Below are positions 12,582 through 20,274 of a stretch of 64,000 nt of DNA, one piece after another. Source of the DNA: Minisyncoccota bacterium (lineage in GTDB: Bacteria; Patescibacteriota; Minisyncoccia; Minisyncoccales; Minisyncoccaceae); NCBI GenBank assembly GCA_041651955.1, contig JBAZIG010000001.1, positions 9,594 through 73,593 of the forward strand, given 5' to 3'. Both the position numbers and the translations under genes were made by a program. The notes beneath the pieces were generated by a model that saw nothing but the letters and a program-made list of their open reading frames with translations, had not been told where the DNA came from and did no database searches. Within the stretch, counting starts at the first letter, position 1, and every line of letters begins with the position of its first letter.

Positions 12582-13215
12582 GGAAGATAGTAAAGCTAAA
12601 AAAATAATAAAGGAAACTATTGAGGATTATAACAGCATTTCAGAAAAATACTCAAGTGTTAGAAGTGGACCATGGAAAGAAATGAAGTTTCTTTTTGATA
12701 ACGTTGAAAAGAGTGACAAGGTTTTAGATTTGGGCTGTGGCAATGGAAGGTTTTATGAATATCTAAAACATTCTCAATATGTTGGGATTGATCCCTCAAC
12801 AAAATTGATTAAAATATGCAAGAAAAGATATCCGGAAGCAAGTTTTAGGGTTGGAAACGGAAATGCACTTCCTTTTAGAGATAAACTATTTGATAGTATA
12901 TTTAGCATTGCGGTTTTACATCATATTCCAAGCGAAAAATTGAGGAAAGATTTTTTAATGGAAATAAAAAGGGTTCTTAAAAAAAATGGTGTTCTTACTT
13001 TAACGGTATGGAATTTAAAAGAAAAAGCAAAAATGGAAAAGGATTTATTTCTTCCTTGGTACAGCGAAAAAGAAACATATTTTTATTGTTTTAATTTAAA
13101 AGAGCTGGTACAATTAGTGAAAGATGTCGGTTTTGATGTTATCTCTAGCGGGGAGGTCTTGGTAGGAAAAAAGCCGTATTCTAATTTTTATATAATATGT
13201 CAAAAAAAGAAATAA
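12580..13215 (+). CDS. Trm9/ALKBH8-type class I SAM-dependent methyltransferase
   Basis: Matches the yeast Trm9 blocks recalled from memory: DYNSISEKYSSVRSGPW (Trm9 VYNEIAPHFSQTRYKPW), LDLGCGNG, FSIAVLHH (ISIAVVHH), DLFLPW (DVFVPW). Not aligned by software. Confidence 0.65.
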   Translation: MEDSKAKKIIKETIEDYNSISEKYSSVRSGPWKEMKFLFDNVEKSDKVLDLGCGNGRFYEYLKHSQYVGIDPSTKLIKICKKRYPEASFRVGNGNALPFRDKLFDSIFSIAVLHHIPSEKLRKDFLMEIKRVLKKNGVLTLTVWNLKEKAKMEKDLFLPWYSEKETYFYCFNLKELVQLVKDVGFDVISSGEVLVGKKPYSNFYIICQKKK

Positions 13216-13775
13216 AATATAATATAGTTGTTTCTGGTGCTGCTGAGGTTGGTCATTGCTGTGAAAATATTGAGGAAATATCAAAAGAAGTAGGAAGAGA
13301 AATTGCTAGACAAGGCCATACTCTTGTAACTGGAGCAACAACAGGGGTACCGTATTTTTCAGCTGTTGGCTGTAACGAAGAAGAAGGATTTAATATTGGT
13401 TTTTCTCCTGCGTCTACAGAAAGCCAGCATCTTAAGTCGTATAGATTGCCCCTGGACCCCTTTAATATTATGATATATACTGGAGCCGATTATGTTGGAA
13501 GAGATGTTGTTATGACCAAGTCAGCTGATGCAGTAATTATTATTTGTGGAAGGACAGGAACACTTCACGAGTTTACCGTAGCCGTTGAAGCTAAAAAGAT
13601 AATTGCTGTCTTAGAGGGCACAGGGGGAATGGCTGATAAAATAAGGGGGATTATTGAAAGCTACTGCAAGGTCTCTAATAAAATTATTTACGAAAGAAAT
13701 CCAAAGAAATTAATAGAAAGATTAATTAAAGAAATTGAAACAAAAAAGAAAAAGGCATCTAAATTATTAAAATAA
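13197..13775 (+). CDS. LOG/SLOG-superfamily Rossmann protein (TIGR00725-like)
   Basis: VVSGAA...GHTLVTGATTG and IIICGRTGTLHEF motifs, typical of LOG/TIGR00725-type proteins. Confidence 0.55.
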   Translation: MSKKEIKYNIVVSGAAEVGHCCENIEEISKEVGREIARQGHTLVTGATTGVPYFSAVGCNEEEGFNIGFSPASTESQHLKSYRLPLDPFNIMIYTGADYVGRDVVMTKSADAVIIICGRTGTLHEFTVAVEAKKIIAVLEGTGGMADKIRGIIESYCKVSNKIIYERNPKKLIERLIKEIETKKKKASKLLK

Positions 13776-13792
13776 TAAATAATAAAAAATAT

Positions 13793-14542
13793 ATGAACGA
13801 AATAATAATAGCAATAATAATCGCAATCGCAGTAATTTTATTGATTTCAATAAAACAGATAAATCAATATGAAAATGGTATTATTTTTACCCTGGGAAAG
13901 TATTCCGGAACAATGCAACCAGGATGGAGAATTGTTTTGCCAATCATTCAATTTTATAAGAAAGTTGACATGAGAACCAAAGCAGTTGATGTTCCAGATC
14001 AAGAAGCAATAACGAGAGACAATATCTCAGTAAAAGTTAACGCAGTAATTTATTATAAAATTAAATCAGCAGAAAAAGCGGTTTTACAGGTAGAGAATTT
14101 TTATTACGCTATTTCTCAATTGGCTCAAACAACAATGAGAAATGCTGTTGGTAAAGTTGAATTAGATGAATTATTGTCTCAAAGAGATAAGGTTTCTGAA
14201 GATATTAGAGGAATTATTGATGAAATGTCTGATCCATGGGGTATTGATGTTGAAAATCTTGAGTTAAAAGACATTACTTTACCTGAAGAAATGAAAAGGG
14301 TTATTGGGAAACAAGCCGAAGCAGAAAGAGAAAAAAGAGCCGTTATTATTAAAGCAGAGGGAGAGGTTGCAGCGGCTAACAATATGGCAACAGCAGCAAA
14401 GGTTTTGTCAGGATCAACCGGTGCTTTACATTTAAGAACATTACAATCAATTAATGATATTAGTTCCGATCAGTCAAACACAATTGTCTTTGCTGTTCCA
14501 TTAGAGATATTAAGATCTTTTGAAGACAAAAAACTATCTTAG
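13793..14542 (+). CDS. SPFH/band-7 (stomatin/prohibitin-like) membrane protein
   Basis: N-terminal TM anchor. SPFH core (AITRDNISVKVNAVIYYKI) and a C-terminal AEAEREKRAVIIKAEGE coiled region. Confidence 0.85.
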   Translation: MNEIIIAIIIAIAVILLISIKQINQYENGIIFTLGKYSGTMQPGWRIVLPIIQFYKKVDMRTKAVDVPDQEAITRDNISVKVNAVIYYKIKSAEKAVLQVENFYYAISQLAQTTMRNAVGKVELDELLSQRDKVSEDIRGIIDEMSDPWGIDVENLELKDITLPEEMKRVIGKQAEAEREKRAVIIKAEGEVAAANNMATAAKVLSGSTGALHLRTLQSINDISSDQSNTIVFAVPLEILRSFEDKKLS

Positions 14543-15472
14543 ATATAGATTCTTTTTGTAATTATGCTCTTCAAGTGTGATTGAGAAGTGAGTTTTTCCG
14601 TCTGGTGAAGATAAATAATACCAGTAATTATTTTTTGTTGGATATATTGCAGCAAGAATGCTGTCTATTCCAGGATTAGATATCGGCCCGATGGGAAGGC
14701 CCCTATATTTATATGTGTTATAGGGTGAATCAATTTGTGTATCTGCTGTTGAAACACTGGACTTTTTTTCTCCGAGAGCATATAGAACCGTGGCACAAGA
14801 TTGGAGGGGCATTTGAATATCAATTCTTCTCCAGAAAATATCAGAAACATTTTTTTTATCTTCTAAAGTTTTAACTTCTTTTTCAATTATTGAAGCCATT
14901 ATGATTATTTCCTCTATTGTTTTATCCTGTTTTTCAATTTCTTCTCTTAATTCTGTGGTTATTTTTCTTTCAAAATTAACAAGAGTTTTTTGAACTATTG
15001 TTTCTGCAGTATCTTTGCTTGTAATGTTGTATGTGTCTGGGAAAAGATAACCTTCTTTGCCTTCTGCGATTTTTAAAAATTCCTCTCTTGTAGAAATGCC
15101 TTTTTCTTTAAAATAATTAGCAATATCATTTAAGTCCCAACCTTCAATTATGGTTATTTTTTCTTCATTAATTTTTCCACCAACTATTATTTCAATAATT
15201 TGAGGTATGTTCATTTGTGAAGATAAAAGGTATTCTCCTGCCTGTATTTTTTTATTATTATTCGTCAAGAGAGAATAAATCAGAAAAAGATTGTTCGACT
15301 TGATAATTTTTTCGTCTTCTAGTTTTTGGGCAATTTTTTTAACAGGATCGCCCTTTTCAATATTAAAAATCTTTAGATCGTTCTCGCCTGAAGCGGACTG
15401 ATTAATTGATATATATCCATAGAATAAAACCCCGGCCATTATTAATAATAAAATAAATAATTTTTTAATCAT
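14534..15472 (-). CDS. mltG: endolytic murein transglycosylase MltG (YceG-like)
   Basis: N-terminal TM helix, then YceG blocks (EGYLFPDTY, ASIIEKE, YNTYKYRGLPIGPISNPG). I use the second ATG (15472) because it fits the promoter geometry. The track start is 15478. Confidence 0.85.
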   Translation of the reverse strand: MIKKLFILLLIMAGVLFYGYISINQSASGENDLKIFNIEKGDPVKKIAQKLEDEKIIKSNNLFLIYSLLTNNNKKIQAGEYLLSSQMNIPQIIEIIVGGKINEEKITIIEGWDLNDIANYFKEKGISTREEFLKIAEGKEGYLFPDTYNITSKDTAETIVQKTLVNFERKITTELREEIEKQDKTIEEIIIMASIIEKEVKTLEDKKNVSDIFWRRIDIQMPLQSCATVLYALGEKKSSVSTADTQIDSPYNTYKYRGLPIGPISNPGIDSILAAIYPTKNNYWYYLSSPDGKTHFSITLEEHNYKKNLYLR

Positions 15473-15478
15473 AAACAT

Positions 15479-15507
15479 ATACTATTTTATAATTATACTC
15501 TTGACAA
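15479..15507 (-). promoter_or_regulatory. candidate promoter of mltG (leaderless geometry)
   Basis: On the minus strand: TTGTCA (15507-15502), 17 nt, TAGTAT (15484-15479), 6 nt, ATG 15472. The -35 lies in the same palindrome as the greA-leader -35. Confidence 0.4.
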
Positions 15508-15528
15508 GAGCCACTAGGGGGGTATAAT
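15501..15528 (+). promoter_or_regulatory. strong consensus sigma70-type promoter upstream of the greA leader
   Basis: TTGACA (15501-15506), 16 nt, TATAAT (15523-15528). This is the only perfect -35/-10 pair I found in the window. Confidence 0.65.
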
Positions 15529-15534
15529 CAAAAA

Positions 15535-15700
15535 AAGCATGAATACTTTTATTGCAAATTCAAAATATACGTCAATGTGGGCAAAACAAATTTGCTTTAT
15601 TTTGGTATCATTTTCAAGCAATAAGGGGAGAAGCTTTACTTTATAAGATAAATTAAAATTAATAAAGATTAATAACTTCTCCCCAAAAGGAGAAGTTTTT
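15535..15700 (+). promoter_or_regulatory. about 165-nt greA leader (or small RNA) with mutually exclusive hairpins
   Basis: GGGGAGAAG (15625-15633) can pair with CTTCTCCCC (15676-15684). The same 3' segment also forms the terminator stem with GGAGAAGT (15689-15696). Confidence 0.4.
15675..15700 (+). terminator. intrinsic terminator-like hairpin 14 nt upstream of the greA ATG
   Basis: ACTTCTCC (15675-15682) / GGAGAAGT (15689-15696), 6-nt loop, then TTTTCTTT. Confidence 0.55.
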
Positions 15701-15713
15701 CTTTAACAAAAAT

Positions 15714-16178
15714 ATGACAAAAATATATTATTTAACAAAAAAGGGATTAGAAAAGATTCAAAGAGAGTGTGAAGAATTAAAAAATTACAGGAAGAGCATA
15801 TTAGAAGATGTTCCCTTGGTCCTTGAGGGAGATTCTTTAAATCCTGAATTTTCTTCTTTTCAAGAAAATATAGAATTACTTGAACAAAGAATTGAGGAAT
15901 TGAATCATATCCTTAAAAACTATAAGATAATAAGTAGGCCCTCTAAAAATAAACAAGATATAGTAGATATAGGAGCAAAGATTATTCTTAAAAATGGAAC
16001 AACAAAAAAAGAAGAGTATAAAATAGTCGGAACTCTTGAGGCAGATCCATTTACTGGAAGAATAAGCAATGAATCACCACTCGGAGTTTCTTTTATTGGC
16101 AAAAGAGTTGGAGAGACCATATCTTTTAATAATAATAAAAAATATAAGATATTAAAGATTCAATATGAGGAAGCGTAA
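15714..16178 (+). CDS. greA: transcription elongation factor GreA
   Basis: N-terminal coiled-coil (LTKKGLEKIQRECEELK) and C-terminal FKBP-like domain (YKIVGTLEADPFTGRISNESPLG). Confidence 0.9.
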   Translation: MTKIYYLTKKGLEKIQRECEELKNYRKSILEDVPLVLEGDSLNPEFSSFQENIELLEQRIEELNHILKNYKIISRPSKNKQDIVDIGAKIILKNGTTKKEEYKIVGTLEADPFTGRISNESPLGVSFIGKRVGETISFNNNKKYKILKIQYEEA

Positions 16179-16914
16179 CAAGATATTATTATTTTGTTTA
16201 TCGGGAATTTTTTTAATTTCTTTTATTTGGTTTTATTTATTTTTTTTAGAAGAAAACATAATGAGTTTTGAGGAAAACTTAATAACAGCAAGCCAGAATA
16301 GTGACGTTGTTTTAGTTTTTAATTCTGGCGGCTGGGGAACCATTTCTTTTGAAAAAGCAATGGATTTTAATCCGATAATAAATGAAGTCAAGGAATTGAT
16401 TGAAGATCACGGACTAAAAGTATCAATTGTTGAATATCATAGAACCAGAGAAAACATTATTGGTAAAATTGGCTCTATTAAGGAGGTAATTCAAGGATTT
16501 CCCGATAGTTCAAAATCTTTTGCTAAAATAATTGATAAATTTTTAGAAAACAATCCAGGAGAAAAAATAATCATAGCTGGTCTTAGCAATGGTGCTGCTT
16601 TCGCTAATTCAGTAATAGAAAAAATAGAAAAAAACAAAGACAAAGTTTTATCTATAGAATTAGGTGCTCCTTTTTGGAAAAAGAAGACCGAGGGAGAAAA
16701 TATTTTAGACATAAATAATCAAAATGATATTTTAGCCAATGGCCAAATAGGCAGATTGCTTTTTTCTTTACTCAGAGCGCCATTTGTTTGGACCTATGAA
16801 AACATAAGAGGAAACAAAACATCACTTTCAGAAGCAATGGATATTTCTGGTCATGATTATTATTGGGAAGAGCATAGAGAAAAAATAACCCTTTTTATTG
16901 AAGAAAAAATCTAA
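16165..16914 (+). CDS. membrane-anchored hypothetical protein, possibly an alpha/beta-hydrolase fold
   Basis: N-terminal TM helix and a GxSxG-type elbow (AGLSNGAAF). No other recognisable motif. Confidence 0.4.
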   Translation: MRKRNKILLFCLSGIFLISFIWFYLFFLEENIMSFEENLITASQNSDVVLVFNSGGWGTISFEKAMDFNPIINEVKELIEDHGLKVSIVEYHRTRENIIGKIGSIKEVIQGFPDSSKSFAKIIDKFLENNPGEKIIIAGLSNGAAFANSVIEKIEKNKDKVLSIELGAPFWKKKTEGENILDINNQNDILANGQIGRLLFSLLRAPFVWTYENIRGNKTSLSEAMDISGHDYYWEEHREKITLFIEEKI

Positions 16915-16933
16915 AATTAAATAAATAAAGGGA

Positions 16934-16962
16934 TTGATTAGAGCTTTGTTTTATAATATAAT
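16934..16962 (+). promoter_or_regulatory. candidate promoter of the 16969-21154 gene string (leaderless geometry)
   Basis: TTGATT (16934-16939), 17 nt, TATAAT (16957-16962), 6 nt, ATG 16969. Confidence 0.5.
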
Positions 16963-16968
16963 ATAAAC

Positions 16969-17976
16969 ATGGATTTTGATTTTAAACAGAAAATATTATT
17001 CTTTTTTTCTTTGATTTTGGGATTAGTTGTTTTTCTTTGGTTTGGGAAAATAGTTGGTTGGGAGGAGATTAAAGAGTCATTTTCTGTTTTTAATTTTTAT
17101 CAGGCAATTTTAATCCTTTTCTTATCTTTTATTGTTATTTTGATTGGTAATTGGAGGTGGAAAGAGATATTAAAGGATTCTGGCGAAGATGTTCCTTTTT
17201 GGTCAATATTCAAAACATATTTAGGAGGATATGCAATGATGTATCTCCTTCCTATTATAGTTTGGGGCGGTGAGGGATATCGTGTTTATAGATTATCAAG
17301 AGACAATAAAATATCTTGGCAAAAGTCATTTTCCTCTGTTTTTATTGAAAGGATTTTAGAGTGGACAGCAAACATTACGGTTATTTTATTGGGTATTATA
17401 TTTTTTCTATTTAATTTTTATTTACCATCAAAAGAATTGATTATTATATTTGGGGCGTCTCTTTTTGTTTTTATTTTTTTCATTGGATATTTTTATTTTA
17501 AAGCAATTGGTAAAAATAGCATTATTAGACAAGTTTGTAAGCTTTTCTTAAAAAAAGAAATTAAAGAAGAAAATAGTTTCCTTGCTGTTGAAAAAGACAT
17601 CTTTGATTATTTTGATTTTAAAAACAGGGCCTTTTATAAGGGAATAGGAATATCTTTTTTGAGAGCATTTATTATGCAAGCGAGGGCATGGATATTAATA
17701 TTTTTCTTAGGAAGTGTTACCGGATTCTTGCCATCATTATCAATTTTAGGATTTACATATTTATCTGCGATGGTACCGATTCCAACAGCCCTTGGATCTC
17801 ACGAAGCAATCCAATATTTTGCCTTTGGTTCATTGGGAATACCAGTTTCTATTGTAACTGCTTTTACAATGATCATTAGGGGGGCGGAAATAATCATTTC
17901 TTCACTTGGTATTGTATTCATAATTAAAACAGGATTTAACTTTTTAGAAAATAAAATAATAAAAAATGGAGAATAA
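16969..17976 (+). CDS. UPF0104 / lysyl-phosphatidylglycerol-synthase-TM-like (flippase-like) membrane protein
   Basis: About 8 TM segments, with an N-terminal pattern typical of the family (FFFSLILGLVVFLWF..VGWEEI). Confidence 0.65.
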   Translation: MDFDFKQKILFFFSLILGLVVFLWFGKIVGWEEIKESFSVFNFYQAILILFLSFIVILIGNWRWKEILKDSGEDVPFWSIFKTYLGGYAMMYLLPIIVWGGEGYRVYRLSRDNKISWQKSFSSVFIERILEWTANITVILLGIIFFLFNFYLPSKELIIIFGASLFVFIFFIGYFYFKAIGKNSIIRQVCKLFLKKEIKEENSFLAVEKDIFDYFDFKNRAFYKGIGISFLRAFIMQARAWILIFFLGSVTGFLPSLSILGFTYLSAMVPIPTALGSHEAIQYFAFGSLGIPVSIVTAFTMIIRGAEIIISSLGIVFIIKTGFNFLENKIIKNGE

Positions 17977-18592
17977 CAAAGTAATTAAAAATTTAATATT
18001 AACTGATATTGCCTTTTGGACTGGTTGGGGAATGATAACGCCTGTTTTTGCTATATTCGTTGTTGACAGGGTTATTGGTGGGACAGCATTAACTGTTGGA
18101 ATAGCAACTGCCATTTATTGGATATTAAGAGCTTCTTTAGTTTTTCCTTTTGCTAAAATACTGGACAAGTATGCTGGAGACAAAGATGACTACTTGTTTT
18201 TAGTTTTCGGAAACTTTTTAGCAGCTCTAGTTCCATTTGGTTATATATTTGCAATTTATCCATGGCACATCTATGCCTTACAAGTTATTTATGGAGTTGG
18301 AATTGCTATGTCTTTAGTTGGTTGGAGAGCAATTTTTACAAGAAATATAACTAAAGGCAAAGAAGCAAGTGAATGGGCGATGGATGATGCTTCTTTGAGT
18401 GTGGGAGTAGCATTGGCCGGAATATTTACTGGTTTTGTTATAACTCAATGGGGATATATTGTTGCTTTTAGTATCGCTGGATTTCTTGCAATGATGAGCG
18501 TGGTAATTCTCTTATGCTTAAGAAAGCAGATTGAGGGTGTTTTTAATAGAAAATTTCCCTTTAATATTGTGGATATTTTCAGAGGAAAATGA
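17966..18592 (+). CDS. six-TM membrane protein, MFS-half-like
   Basis: Hydrophobicity pattern only. At 208 aa it is about half the length of a normal MFS transporter. Confidence 0.4.
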   Translation: MENNKVIKNLILTDIAFWTGWGMITPVFAIFVVDRVIGGTALTVGIATAIYWILRASLVFPFAKILDKYAGDKDDYLFLVFGNFLAALVPFGYIFAIYPWHIYALQVIYGVGIAMSLVGWRAIFTRNITKGKEASEWAMDDASLSVGVALAGIFTGFVITQWGYIVAFSIAGFLAMMSVVILLCLRKQIEGVFNRKFPFNIVDIFRGK

Positions 18593-20274
18593 AAAATCAG
18601 GAAATTGCTCAAATTTTATTTGAAATTGGCGATTTGTTGGACTTACAAGAAGTTCCTTTTAAACCAGAAGCATATAAAAAGGCAGCCATTGCAATTGATT
18701 TATTAGAAGATGATATATCTTCAATATATGAAAAAGAAGGAATTAAGGGACTAGAAAAAATCAAAGGGGTTGGCAAGAGCATTGCCTTATCAATTGAAGA
18801 ATATCTTAAAACAAACAAAATTAATTTCTATAAACAACTTAAAAAAGAGTCACCAGTTAATCTAGAAGAATTATTAATGGTTGAGGGTCTGGGGGTTAAA
18901 AAAATAAAAAAACTTTATCAAGAATTAAAAATTAGGAACCTAAAGGATTTAGAAAAAGCAATTGAAGATAATAAAATTGCTCAACTTTTTGGTTTTGGAG
19001 AAAAAACAGAAAAAAATATCTTAGAATCAATTAAGTTTTTAAGACAAGGCCAAAATAAATTTCTCTTAAGAGATGTTTTAAAAGAAGTGGAAATGGTGAG
19101 TGATAAAATTAAAAGAATCAAAGAGGTTGTTGATTTTAGTGTTGCTGGTTCAGCTAGGAGAAAAAAAGAGATTGTTGGCGATGTTGATTTTCTTGTTTCA
19201 ATTAAGGACACTAGCAATAAATACGTGGTTGAAAAAATAATGAATACCTTTGTGACAATGGATAATGTTGTCAAAGTAATTGGAAAGGGAGAAACAAAAT
19301 CATCAATAAAAACAAACAATAATTTGAATATGGATTTAAGATTGGTTAGCGTTGCTTCTTTTGGGGCTGCTTTACAGTATTTTACTGGTTCTAAAGACCA
19401 TAATATCGCCTTAAGAAGGATTGCAATCAAAAAAGGTTACAAGCTTAACGAATATGGACTTTTTGATGGAGAAAAGAAAATAGCCGGTCAAACTGAAGAG
19501 GGTATTTATAAAAAGCTTGGACTTCAGTTTATTCCTCCAGAGTTAAGAGAAAATCAGGGAGAAATTAATTTAGCCATCAATAATATGATTCCCTATTTAG
19601 TAGATTCCGTTAAGGGAGATCTTCATTGCCATACATCTTATAATGGTGGAGAGAACACAATAGAAGAAATGGCAGAAGAAGCAATTAAAATGGGTTATTC
19701 TTATCTGGCAATTACAGATCACAGCAAATCACTAAGAATTGAAAATGGACTAGATGAAAAAAGATTATTAGAACAAAAGAAAGAAATAGATAAATTGAAT
19801 AAAAAATATAATAATTTTAAATTACTTTCGGGAGCAGAGGTTGATATTTTGAAAGACGGATCTTTAGATATTGACGACAGTGTCCTTAAAGAGATTGATT
19901 ATGTTTCTATTAGCATTCATTCTGGTTTTAAAATGACAAAAACAGAAATGACTAAAAGAATACTTAAAGCGATGGATAATCCTTATGTTAAAACATTAAA
20001 TCATCCTACGGGTGCTATTGTAGGCAAAAGAGATAGTTATTTAGTTGATATGGAATCAATAATTAAGAAAGCAAAAGAAAAAGGAATCGCTTTGGAAATT
20101 AATTCATATAGATGCGATCTAAATAGTCAATTAGTAAAAATGGCTAAAAACGCAGGAGTAAAATTAGTAATTAATAGCGATGCTCATAATAAAAAAGAAT
20201 TGCACAACATTCAATTTGGAATATATGTTGCAAGGAGAGCAGGACTAACAAAAGAAGATATATATGAAATATAA
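18589..20274 (+). CDS. polX: family X DNA polymerase with C-terminal PHP domain (PolX)
   Basis: HhH motifs (GVGKSIA, GLGVKKI), catalytic GDVDFLV, and PHP motifs (GDLHCHTSYNGG, ITDHS, NSDAH). Confidence 0.9.
   Translation: MKNQEIAQILFEIGDLLDLQEVPFKPEAYKKAAIAIDLLEDDISSIYEKEGIKGLEKIKGVGKSIALSIEEYLKTNKINFYKQLKKESPVNLEELLMVEGLGVKKIKKLYQELKIRNLKDLEKAIEDNKIAQLFGFGEKTEKNILESIKFLRQGQNKFLLRDVLKEVEMVSDKIKRIKEVVDFSVAGSARRKKEIVGDVDFLVSIKDTSNKYVVEKIMNTFVTMDNVVKVIGKGETKSSIKTNNNLNMDLRLVSVASFGAALQYFTGSKDHNIALRRIAIKKGYKLNEYGLFDGEKKIAGQTEEGIYKKLGLQFIPPELRENQGEINLAINNMIPYLVDSVKGDLHCHTSYNGGENTIEEMAEEAIKMGYSYLAITDHSKSLRIENGLDEKRLLEQKKEIDKLNKKYNNFKLLSGAEVDILKDGSLDIDDSVLKEIDYVSISIHSGFKMTKTEMTKRILKAMDNPYVKTLNHPTGAIVGKRDSYLVDMESIIKKAKEKGIALEINSYRCDLNSQLVKMAKNAGVKLVINSDAHNKKELHNIQFGIYVARRAGLTKEDIYEI

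Noticed and set aside
15687-15693. AAGGAGA upstream of greA, considered as a Shine-Dalgarno sequence.
   Set aside because: It lies 20 nt from the ATG, which is too far. It also forms the 3' arm of the terminator-like hairpin. Other genes here lack SD sequences.
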